From assembly GCA_964247055.1 (NCBI GenBank), contig OZ176053.1, positions 13,082,001 through 13,146,000 of the forward strand: 64,000 nt of DNA. The letters are read 5' to 3'. Source of the DNA: Paragordius varius. Its lineage: Eukaryota; Animalia; Nematomorpha. The position numbers were made by a program, and so were the translations under genes. Shown here in pieces: positions 26,701 to 39,800 of this stretch. The notes below the pieces were generated by a model, which was not told where the DNA came from, ran no database searches, and saw only the letters and a program-made list of their open reading frames with translations. The stretch's first letter is position 1. Each line of letters opens with the position of its first letter.

Positions 26701-27049
26701 AGTTAAACTTGAGTATTCATGCGACTAGTTTAATACATTAATTTTTAAAGTATCGTTGTAAAAATCGGATATGAAAGAGTTTGTCAAACTATCTCTATAT
26801 TTTGATGTAGTCTTACTAAGAGAATGTATAAAAAATTATTTTGTTCACCGGGGACCAATATCCGATTTTTAGGGACAAAGTTTAACTTGAGTATTAATGC
26901 GACTAGTTTAACACATTAATTTTTAAAGTATCGTTGTAATAATCGGATATGAAAGAGTTTGTCAAAATATCTCTATATTTTGATGTAGTCTTACTAAGAG
27001 AATGTATAAAAAATAATTTTGTTCACCGGTGACCAATATCCGATTTTTA

Positions 27050-30000
27050 AGGACAAAGTTTAACTTGAGTATTGATGCGACTGGTTATACCATAATTTTT
27101 AAAGTATCGTTGTAAAAATCGGATATGAAAGAGTTTGTCAAACTATCTCTATAATTTGATGTAGTCTTACTAAGAGAATGTATAAAAGATTTTGTTCACC
27201 GGTGACCAATATCCGATTTTTAAGGACAAAGTTTAACTTGAGTATTGATGCGACTTATTGATACGACTAGTTTTATACATTAATTTATAAAGTATCGTTG
27301 TAAAAATCGGATATGAAAGAGTTTGTCAAACTATCTCTATTATTTGATGTAGTCTTGCTAAGAGAATGTATAAAAAATTATTTTGTTCACCGGTGACCAA
27401 TATCCGATTTTTAAGGACAAAGTTTAACTTGAGTATTGATGCGACTAGTTTAATACATTAATTTTTAAAGTATCGTTGTAAAAATCGGATATGAAAGAGT
27501 TTGTCAAACTATCTCTATATTTTGATGTAGTCTTACTAAGGGAATGTATAAAAAATTATTTTGTTCACCGGGGACTAATATCCGATTTTTAAGGATAAGT
27601 TTAACATGAGTATCGATGCGACTTATTGATACGACTAGTTTTATACATTAATTTATAAAGTATCGTTGTAAAAATCGGATATGAAAGAGTTTGTCAAACT
27701 ATCTCTATTATTTGATGTAGTCTTACTAAGAGAATGTATAAAAAATAATTTTGTTCACCGGTGACCAATATCCGATTTTTAAGGACAAAGTTTAACTTGA
27801 GTATTGATGCGACTAGTTTAATACATTAATTTTTAAAGTATCGTTGTAAAAATCGGATATGAAACAGTTAGTCAAACTATCTCTATATTTTGATGTAGTC
27901 TTACTAAGAGAATGTATAAAAAATTATTTGGTTCACCGGGGACCAATATCCGATTTTTAAGGACAAAGTTTAACTTGAGTAATCTAGCGACTAGTTTAAT
28001 ACATTAATTTTTAAAGTATCGTTGTAAAAATCGGATATGGAAAGAGTTTGTCAAACTATCTCTATATTTTGATGTAGTCTTACTAAGAGAATGTATAAAA
28101 AATTATTTTGTTCACCGGTGACCAATATCCGATTTTTAAGGACAAAGTTTAACTTGAGTATTAATGCGACTAGTTTAACACATTAATTTTTAAAGTATCG
28201 TTGTAAAAATCGGATATGAAAGAGTTTGTCAAAATATCTCTATATTTTGATGTAGTCTTAGTAAGAGAATGTATAAAAAATAATTTTGTTCACCGGTGAC
28301 CAATATCCGATTTTTAAGGACAAAGTTTAACTTGAGTATTCATGCGACTAGTTTAATACATTAATTTTTAAAGTATCGTTGTAAAAATCGGATATGAAAG
28401 AGTTTGTCAAACAATCTCTATATTTTGATGTAGTCTTACTAAGAGAATGTATAAAAAATTATTTTGTTCACCGGGGACCAATATCCGATTTTTAAGGATA
28501 AGTTTATCTTGAGTATTGATGCGACTTATTGATACGACTAGTTTTATACATTAATTTATAAAGTATCGTTGTAAAAATCGGATATGAAAGAGTTTGTCAA
28601 ACTATCTCTATTATTTGATGTAGTCTTGCTAAGAGAATGTATAAAAAATTATTTTGTTCACCGGTGACCAATATACGATTTTTAAGGACAAAGTTTAACT
28701 TGAGTATTGATGCGACTAGTTTAATACATTAATTTTTAAAGTATCGTTGTAAAAATCGGATATGAAAGAGTTTGTCAAACTATCTCTATATTTTGATGTA
28801 GTCTTACTAAGAGAATGTATAAAAAATTATTTTGTTCACCGGGGACCAGTATCCGATTTTTAAGGACAAAGTTTAACTTGAGTATTGATGCGACTTATTG
28901 ATACGACTAGTTTTATACATTAATTTATAAAGTATCGTTGTAAAAATCGGATATGAAAGAGTTTGTCAAACTATCTCTATTATTTGATGTAGTCCTACTA
29001 AGAGAATGTATAAAAAATAATTTTGTTCACCGGTGACCAATATCCGATTTTTAAGGACAAAGTTTAACTTGAGTATTGATGCGACTAGTTTAATACATTA
29101 ATTTTTAAAGTATCGTTGTAAAAATCGGATATGAAAGAGTTTGTCAAACTATCTCTATATTTTGATGTAGTCTTACTAAGAGAATGTATAAAAAATAATT
29201 TTGTTCACCGGTGACCAATATCCGATTTTTAAGGACAAAGTTTAACTTGAGTATTGATACGATTTATTGATACGACTAGTTTTATACATTAATTTTTAAA
29301 GTATCGTTGTAAAAATCGGATATGAAAGAGTTTGTCAAACTATCTCTATATTTTGATGTAGTCTTACTAAGAGAATGTATTAAAAATAATTTTGTTCACC
29401 GGTGACCAATATCCGATTTTTAAGGACAAAGTTTAACTTGAGTATTAATGCGACTAGTTTAATACATTAATTTTTAAAGTATCGTTGTAAAAATCGGATA
29501 TGAAAGAGTTTGTCAAACTATCTCTATATTTTGATGTAGTCTTGCTAAGAGAATGTATAAAAAATTATTTTGTTCACCGGTGACCAATATCCGATTTTTA
29601 AGGACAAAGTTTAACTTGAGTATTGATGCGACTGGTTATACCATAATTTTTAAAGTATCGTTGTAAAAATCGGATATGAAAGAGTTTGTCAAACTATCTC
29701 TATAATTTGATGTAGTCTTACTAAGAGAATGTATAAAAGATTTTGTTCACCGGTGACCAATATCCGATTTTTAAGGACAAAGTTTAACTTGAGTATTGAT
29801 GCGACTTATTGATACGACTAGTTTTATACATTAATTTATAAAGTATCGTTGTAAAAATCGGATATGAAAGAGTTTGTCAAACTATCTCTATTATTTGATG
29901 TAGTCTTGCTAAGAGAATGTATAAAAAATTATTTTGTTCACCGGTGACCAATATCCGATTTTTAAGGACAAAGTTTAACTTGAGTATTGATGCGACTAGT

Positions 30001-30230
30001 TTAATACATTAATTTTTAAAGTATCGTTGTAAAAATCGGATATGAAAGAGTTTGTCAAACTATCTCTATATTTTGATGTAGTCTTACTAAGAGAATGTAT
30101 AAAAAATTATTTTGTTCACCGGGGACTAATATCCGATTTTTAAGGATAAGTTTAACATGAGTATCGATGCGACTTATTGATACGACTAGTTTTATACATT
30201 AATTTATAAAGTATCGTTGTAAAAATCGGA
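27050..30230 (-). repeat. Block duplication, offset 2551 bp (14 monomers)
   Basis: 3-bp deletion AAAAGATTTTG 27181/29732; GGGACTAAT 27576/30127. Ends approximate. Confidence 0.8.
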
Positions 30231-30879
30231 TATGAAAGAGTTTGTCAAACTATCTCTATATTTTGATGTAGTCTTACTAAGAGAATGTATAAAAAATTAT
30301 TTTGTTCACCGGGGACCAATATCCGATTTTTAAGGATAAGTTTAACTTGAGTATTGATGCGACTTATTGATACGACTAGTTTTATACATTAATTTATAAA
30401 GTATCGTTGTAAAAATCGGATATGTAAGAGTTTGTCAAACTATCTCTATTATTTGATGTAGTCTTACTAAGAGAATGTATAAAAAATTATTTGGTTCACC
30501 GGGGACCAATATCCGATTTTTAAGGACAAAGTTTAACTTGAGTATTGATGCGACTAGTTTAATACATTAATTTTTAAAGTATCGTTGTAAAAATCGGATA
30601 TGAAAGAGTTTGTCAAACTATCTCTATATTTTGATGTAGTCTTACTAAGAGAATGTATAAAAAATTATTTTGTTCACCGGTGACCAATATCCGATTTTTA
30701 AGGACAAAGTTTAACTTGAGTATTAATGCGACTAGTTTAACACATTAATTTTTAAAGTATCGTTGTAAAAATCGGATATGAAAGAGTTTGTCAAAATATC
30801 TCTATATTTTGATGTAGTCTTACTAAGAGAATGTATAAAAAATAATTTTGTTCACCGGTGACCAATATCCGATTTTTAA

Positions 30880-31960
30880 GGACAAAGTTTAACTTGAGTA
30901 TTAATGCGACTAGTTTAATACATTAATTTTTAAAGTATCGTTGTAAAAATCGGATATGAAAGAGTTTGTCAAACTATCTCTATATTTTGATGTAGTCTTG
31001 CTAAGAGAATGTATAAAAAATTATTTTGTTCACCGGTGACCAATATCCGATTTTTAAGGACAAAGTTTAACTTGAGTATTCATGCGACTAGTTTAATACA
31101 TTAATTTTTAAAGTATCGTTGTAAAAATCGGATATGAAAGAGTTTGTCAAACTATCTCTATATTTTGATGTAGTCTTACTAAGAGAATGTATAAAAAATT
31201 ATTTTGTTCACCGGGGACCAATATCCGATTTTTAAGGACAAAGTTTAACTTGAGTATTAATGCGACTAGTTTAACACATTAATTTTTAAAGTATCGTTGT
31301 AAAAATCGGATATGAAAGAGTTTGTAAAAATATCTCTATATTTTGATGTAGTCTTACTAAGAGAATGTATAAAAAATAATTTTGTTCACCGGTGACCAAT
31401 ATCCGATTTTTAAGGACAAAGTTTAACTTGAGTATTAATGCGACTAGTTTAATACATTAATTTTTAAAGTATCGTTGTAAAAATCGGATATGAAAGAGTT
31501 TGTCAAACTATCTCTATATTTTGATGTAGTCTTGCTAAGAGAATGTATAAAAAATTATTTTGTTCACCGGTGACCAATATCCGATTTTTAAGGACAAAGT
31601 TTAACTTGAGTATTCATGCGACTAGTTTAATACATTAATTTTTAAAGTATCGTTGTAAAAATCGGATATGAAAGAGTTTGTCAAACTATCTCTATATTTT
31701 GATGTAGTCTTACTAAGAGAATGTATAAAAAATTATTTTGTTCACCGGGGACCAATATCCGATTTTTAAGGACAAAGTTTAACTTGAGTATTAATGCGAC
31801 TAGTTTAACACATTAATTTTTAAAGTATCGTTGTAAAAATCGGATATGAAAGAGTTTGTAAAAATATCTCTATATTTTGATGTAGTCTTACTAAGAGAAT
31901 GTATAAAAAATAATTTTGTTCACCGGTGACCAATATCCGATTTTTAAGGACAAAGTTTAA
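30880..31960 (-). repeat. 534-bp (3 x 178) tandem trimer duplication
   Basis: TTTGTAAAAATATC marker 31326/31860; a third copy at 32405 (+545). Confidence 0.78.
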
Positions 31961-33849
31961 CTTGAGTATTGATGCGACTGGTTATACCATAATTTTTAAA
32001 GTATCGTTGTAAAAATCGGATATGAAAGAGTTTGTCAAACTATCTCTATAATTTGATGTAGTCTTACTAAGAGAATGTATAAAAGATTATTTTGTTTACC
32101 GGTGACCAATATCCGATTTTTAAGGACAAAGTTTAACTTGAGTATTGATGCGACTTATTGATACGACTAGTTTTATACATTAATTTATAAAGTATCGTTG
32201 TAAAAATCGGATATGAAAGAGTTTGTCAAACTATCTCTATTATTTGATGTAGTCTTACTAAGAGAATGTATAAAAAATTATTTTGTTCACCGGGGACCAA
32301 TATCCGATTTTTAAGGACAAAGTTTAACTTGAGTATTAATGCGACTAGTTTAACACATTAATTTTTAAAGTATCGTTGTAAAAATCGGATATGAAAGAGT
32401 TTGTAAAAATATCTCTATATTTTGATGTAGTCTTACTAAGAGAATGTATAAAAAATAATTTTGTTGTGACCAATATCCGATTTTTAAGGACAAAGTTTAA
32501 CTTGAGTATTGATGCGACTGGTTATACCATAATTTTTAAAGTATCGTTGTAAAAATCGGATATGAAAGAGTTTGTCAAACTATCTCTATTATTTGATGTA
32601 GTCTTGCTAAGAGAATGTATAAAAAATTATTTTGTTCACCGGTGACCAATATCCGATTTTTAAGGACAAAGTTTAACTTGAGTATTGATGCGACTAGTTT
32701 AATACATTAATTTTTAAAGTATCGTTGTAAAAATCGGATATGAAAGAGTTTGTCAAACTATCTCTATATTTTGATGTAGTCTTACTAAGAGAATGTATAA
32801 AAAATTATTTTGTTCACCGGGGACCAATATCCGATTTTTAAGGATAAATTTAACTTGAGTATTGATGCGACTTATTGATACGACTAGTTTTATACATTAA
32901 TTTATAAAGTATCGTTAAAATCGGATATGAAAGAGTTTGTCAAACTATCTCTATTATTTGATGTAGTCTTACTAAGAGAATGTATAAAAAATAATTTTGT
33001 TCACCGGTGACCAATATCCGATTTTTAAGGACAAAGTTTAACTTGAGTATTGATGCGACTAGTTTAATACATTAATTTTTAAAGTATTGTTGTAAAAATC
33101 GGATATGAAAGAGTTTGTCAAACTATCTCTATATTTTGATGTAGTCTTACTAAGAGAATGTATAAAAAATTATTTGGTTCACCGGGGACCAATATCCGAT
33201 TTTTAAGGACAAAGTTTAACTTGAGTAATCATGCGACTAGTTTAATACATTAATTTTTAAAGTATCGTTGTAAAAATCGGATATGGAAAGAGTTTGTCAA
33301 ACTTACTCTATATTTTGATGTAGTCTTACTAAGAGAATGTATAAAAAATTATTTTGTTCACCGGTGACCAATATCCGATTTTTAAGGACAAAGTTTAACT
33401 TGAATATTGATGCGACTAGTTTAATACATTAATTTTTAAAGTATCGTTGAACAATTCGGATAGGAAAGAGTTTGCCAAACTATCTCTATATTTTGATGTA
33501 GTCCTACTAAGAGAATGTATAAAAAATAATTTTGTTCACCGGTGACCAATATCCGATTTTTAAGGACAAAGTTTAACTTGAGTATTGATACGATTTATTG
33601 ATACGACTAGTTTTATACATTAATTTATAAAGTATCGTTGTAAAAATCGGATATGAAAGAGTTTGTCAAACTATCTCTATTATTTGATGTAGTCCTACTA
33701 AGAGAATGTATAAAAAATAATTTTGTTCACCGGTGACCAATATCCGATTTTTAAGGACAAAGTTTAACTTGAGTATTGATGCGACTTATTGATTTGACTA
33801 GTTTTATACATTAATTTATAAAGTATCGTTGTAAAAATCGGATATGAAA

Positions 33850-36800
33850 GAGTTTGTCAAACTATCTCTATTATTTGATGTAGTCTTGCTAAGAGAATGT
33901 ATAAAAAATTATTTTGTTCACCGGTGACCAATATACGATTTTTAAGGACAAAGTTAAACTTGAGTATTCATACGACTAGTTTAATACATTAATTTTTAAA
34001 GTATCGTTGTAAAAATCGGATATGAAAGAGTTTGTCAAACTATCTCTATATTTTGATGTAGTCTATACTAAGAGAATGTATAAAAAATTATTTTGTTCAC
34101 CGGGGACCAATATCCGATTTTTAAGGACAAAGTTTAACTTGAGTATTAATGCGACTAGTTTAACACATTAATTTTTAAAGTATCGTTGTAAAAATCGGAT
34201 ATGAAAGAGTTTGTCAAAATATCTCTATATTTTGATGTAGTCTTAGTAAGAGAATGTATAAAAAATAATTTTGTTCACCGGTGACCAATATCCGATTTTT
34301 AAGGACAAAGTTTAACTTGAGTATTGATGCGACTGGTTATACCATAATTTTTAAAGTATCGTTGTAAAAATCGGATATGAAAGAGTTTGTCAAACTATCT
34401 CTATAATTTGATGTAGTCTTACTAAGAGAATGTAAAGATTATTTTGTTCACCGGTGACCAATATCCGATTTTTAAGGACAAAGTTTAACTTGAGTATTGA
34501 TGCGACTTATTGATACGACTAGTTTTATACATTAATTTATAAAGTATCGTTGTAAAAATCGGATATGAAAGAGTTTGTCAAACTATCTCTATTATTTGAT
34601 GTAGTCTTGCTAAGAGAATGTATAAAAAATTATTTTGTTCACCGGTGACCAATATACGATTTTTAAGTACAAAGTTAAACTTGAGTATTCATACGACTAG
34701 TTTAATACATTAATTTTTAAAGTATCGTTGTAAAAATCGGATATGAAAGAGTTTGTCAAATTATCTCTATATTTTGATGTAGTCTTACTAAGAGAATGTA
34801 TAAAAAATTATTTTGTTCACCGGGGACCAATATCCGATTTTTAACGACAAAGTTTAACTTGAGTATTAATGCGACTAGTTTAACACATTAATTTTTAAAG
34901 TATCGTTGTAAAAATCGGATATGAAAGAGTTTGTCAAAATATCTCTATATTTTGATGTAGTCTTACTAAGAGAATGTATAAAAAATAATTTTGTTCACCG
35001 GTGACCAATATTCGATTTTTAAGGACAAAGTTTAACTTGAGTATTGATGCGACTGGTTATACCATAATTTTTAAAGTATCGTTGTAAAAATCGGATATGA
35101 AAGAGTTTGTCAAACTATCTCTATAATTTGATGTAGTCTTACTAAGAGAATGTATAAAAGATTATTTTGTTCACCGGTGACCAATATCCGATTTTTAAGG
35201 ACAAAGTTTAACTTGAGTATTGATGCGACTTATTGATACGACTAGTTTTATACATTAATTTATAAAGTATCGTTGTAAAAATCGTATATGAAAGAGTTTG
35301 TCAAACTATCTCTATTATTTGATGTAGTCTTGCTAAGAGAATGTATAAAAAATTATTTTGTTCACCGGGGACCAATATCCGATTTTTAAGGACAAAGTTT
35401 AACTTGAGTAATCATGCGACTAGTTTAATACATTAATTTTTAAAGTATCGTTGTAAAAATCGGATATGGAAAGAGTTTGTCAAACTTACTCTATATTTTG
35501 ATGTAGTCTTACTAAGAGAATGTATAAAAAATTATTTTGTTCACCGGTGACCAATATCCGATTTTTAAGGACAAAGTTTAACTTGAATATTGATGCGACT
35601 AGTTTAATACATTAATTTTTAAAGTATCGTTGAACAATTCGGATAGGAAAGAGTTTGCCAAACTATCTCTATATTTTGATGTAGTCCTACTAAGAGAATG
35701 TATAAAAAATAATTTTGTTCACCGGTGACCAATATCCGATTTTTAAGGACAAAGTTTAACTTGAGTATTGATACGATTTATTGATACGACTAGTTTTATA
35801 CATTAATTTATAAAGTATCGTTGTAAAAATCGGATATGAAAGAGTTTGTCAAACTATCTCTATTATTTGATGTAGTCCTACTAAGAGAATGTATAAAAAA
35901 TAATTTTGTTCACCGGTGACCAATATCCGATTTTTAAGGACAAAGTTTAACTTGAGTATTGATGCGACTTATTGATTTGACTAGTTTTATACATTAATTT
36001 ATAAAGTATCGTTGTAAAAATCGGATATGAAAGAGTTTGTCAAACTATCTCTATTATTTGATGTAGTCTTACTAAGAGAATGTATAAAAAATAATTTTGT
36101 TCACCGGTGACCAATATCCGATTTTTAAGGACAAAGTTTAACTTGAGTATTGATGCGACTGGTTATACCATAATTTTTAAAGTATCGTTGTAAAAATCGG
36201 ATATGAAAGAGTTTGTCAAACTATCTCTATAATTTGATGTAGTCTTACTAAGAGAATGTATAAAAAATAATTTTGTTCACCGGTGACCAATATCCGATTT
36301 TTAAGGACAAAGTTTAACTTGAGTATTGATGCGACTTATTGATACGACTAGTTTTATACATTAATTTATAAAGTATCGTTGTAAAAATCGGATATGAAAG
36401 AGTTTGTCAAACTATCTCTATTATTTGATGTAGTCTTGCTAAGAGAATGTATAAAAAATTATTTTGTTCACCGGTGACCAATATACGATTTTTAAGGACA
36501 AAGTTAAACTTGAGTATTCATACGACTAGTTTAATACATTAATTTTTAAAGTATCGTTGTAAAAATCGGATATGAAAGAGTTTGTCAAACTATCTCTATA
36601 TTTTGATGTAGTCTTACTAAGAGAATGTATAAAAAATTATTTTGTTCACCGGGGACCAATATCCGATTTTTAAGGACAAAGTTTAACTTGAGTATTAATG
36701 CGACTAGTTTAACACATTAATTTTTAAAGTATCGTTGTAAAAATCGGATATGAAAGAGTTTGTCAAAATATCTCTATATTTTGATGTAGTCTTAGTAAGA

Positions 36801-39800
36801 GAATGTATAAAAAATAATTTTGTTCACCGGTGACCAATATCCGATTTTTAAGGACAAAGTTTAACTTGAGTATTGATTCGACTGGTTATACCATAATTTT
36901 TAAAGTATCGTTGTAAAAATCGGATATGAAAGAGTTTGTCAAACTATCTCTATAATTTGATGTAGTCTTACTAAGAGAATGTATAAAAGATTATTTTGTT
37001 CACCGGTGACCAATATCCGATTTTTAAGGACAAAGTTTAACTTGAGTATTGATGCGACTTATTGATACGACTAGTTTTATACATTAATTTATAAAGTATC
37101 GTTGTAAAAATCGGATATGAAAGAGTTTGTCAAACTATCTCTATTATTTGATGTAGTCTTGCTAAGAGAATGTATAAAAAATTATTTTGTTCACCGGTGA
37201 CCAATATACGATTTTTAAGGACAAAGTTAAACTTGAGTATTCATACGACTAGTTTAATACATTAATTTTTAAAGTATCGTTGTAAAAATCGGATATGAAA
37301 GAGTTTGTCAAACTATCTCTATATTTTGATGTAGTCTTACTAAGAGAATGTATAAAAAATTATTTTGTTCACCGGGGACCAATATCCGATTTTTAAGGAC
37401 AAAGTTTAACTTGAGTATTAATGCGACTAGTTTAATACATTAATTTTTAAAGTATCGTTGAACAATTCGGATAGGAAAGAGTTTGCCAAACTATCTCTAT
37501 ATTTTGATGTAGTCCTACTAAGAGAATGTATAAAAAATAATTTTGTTCACCGGTGACCAATATCCGATTTTTAAGGACAAAGTTTAACTTGAGTATTGAT
37601 ACGATTTATTGATACGACTAGTTTTATACATTAATTTATAAAGTATCGTTGTAAAAATCGGATATGAAAGAGTTTGTCAAACTATCTCTATTATTTGATG
37701 TAGTCCTACTAAGAGAATGTATAAAAAATAATTTTGTTCACCGGTGACCAATATCCGATTTTTAAGGACAAAGTTTAACTTGAGTATTGATGCGACTTAT
37801 TGATTTGACTAGTTTTATACATTAATTTATAAAGTATCGTTGTAAAAATCGGATATGAAAGAGTTTGTCAAACTATCTCTATTATTTGATGTAGTCTTAC
37901 TAAGAGAATGTATAAAAAATAATTTTGTTCACCGGTGACCAATATCCGATTTTTAAGGACAAAGTTTAACTTGAGTATTGATGCGACTGGTTATACCATA
38001 ATTTTTAAAGTATCGTTGTAAAAATCGGATATGAAAGAGTTTGTCAAACTATCTCTATAATTTGATGTAGTCTTACTAAGAGAATGTATAAAAAATAATT
38101 TTGTTCACCGGTGACCAATATCCGATTTTTAAGGACAAAGTTTAACTTGAGTATTGATGCGACTTATTGATACGACTAGTTTTATACATTAATTTATAAA
38201 GTATCGTTGTAAAAATCGGATATGAAAGAGTTTGTCAAACTATCTCTATTATTTGATGTAGTCTTGCTAAGAGAATGTATAAAAAATTATTTTGTTCACC
38301 GGTGACCAATATACGATTTTTAAGGACAAAGTTAAACTTGAGTATTCATACGACTAGTTTAATACATTAATTTTTAAAGTATCGTTGTAAAAATCGGATA
38401 TGAAAGAGTTTGTCAAACTATCTCTATATTTTGATGTAGTCTTACTAAGAGAATGTATAAAAAATTATTTTGTTCACCGGGGACCAATATCCGATTTTTA
38501 AGGACAAAGTTTAACTTGAGTATTAATGCGACTAGTTTAACACATTAATTTTTAAAGTATCGTTGTAAAAATCGGATATGAAAGAGTTTGTCAAAATATC
38601 TCTATATTTTGATGTAGTCTTAGTAAGAGAATGTATAAAAAATAATTTTGTTCACCGGTGACCAATATCCGATTTTTAAGGACAAAGTTTAACTTGAGTA
38701 TTGATTCGACTGGTTATACCATAATTTTTAAAGTATCGTTGTAAAAATCGGATATGAAAGAGTTTGTCAAACTATCTCTATAATTTGATGTAGTCTTACT
38801 AAGAGAATGTATAAAAGATTATTTTGTTCACCGGTGACCAATATCCGATTTTTAAGGACAAAGTTTAACTTGAGTATTGATGCGACTTATTGATACGACT
38901 AGTTTTATACATTAATTTATAAAGTATCGTTGTAAAAATCGGATATGAAAGAGTTTGTCAAACTATCTCTATTATTTGATGTAGTCTTGCTAAGAGAATG
39001 TATAAAAAATTATTTTGTTCACCGGTGACCAATATACGATTTTTAAGGACAAAGTTAAACTTGAGTATTCATACGACTAGTTTAATACATTAATTTTTAA
39101 AGTATCGTTGTAAAAATCGGATATGAAAGAGTTTGTCAAACTATCTCTATATTTTGATGTAGTCTTACTAAGAGAATGTATAAAAAATTATTTTGTTCAC
39201 CGGGGACCAATATCCGATTTTTAAGGACAAAGTTTAACTTGAGTATTAATGCGACTAGTTTAACACATTAATTTTTAAAGTATCGTTGTAAAAATCGGAT
39301 ATGAAAGAGTTTGTCAAAATATCTCTATATTTTGATGTAGTCTTACTAAGAGAATGTATAAAAAATAATTTTGTTCACCGGTGACCAATATCCGATTTTT
39401 AAGGACAAAGTTTAACTTGAGTATTGATACGATTTATTGATACGACTAGTTTTATACATTAATTTATAAAGTATCGTTGTAAAAATCGGATATGAAAGAG
39501 TTTGTCAAACTATCTCTATTATTTGATGTAGTCCTACTAAGAGAATGTATAAAAAATAATTTTGTTCACCGGTGACCAATATCCGATTTTTAAGGACAAA
39601 GTTTAACTTGAGTATTGATGCGACTGGTTATACCATAATTTTTAAAGTATCGTTGTAAAAATCGGATATGAATGAGTTTGTCAAACTATCTCTATAATTT
39701 GATGTAGTCTTACTAAGAGAATGTATAAAAAATAATTTTGTTCACCGGTGACCAATATCCGATTTTTAAGGACAAAGTTTAACTTGAGTATTGATGCGAC

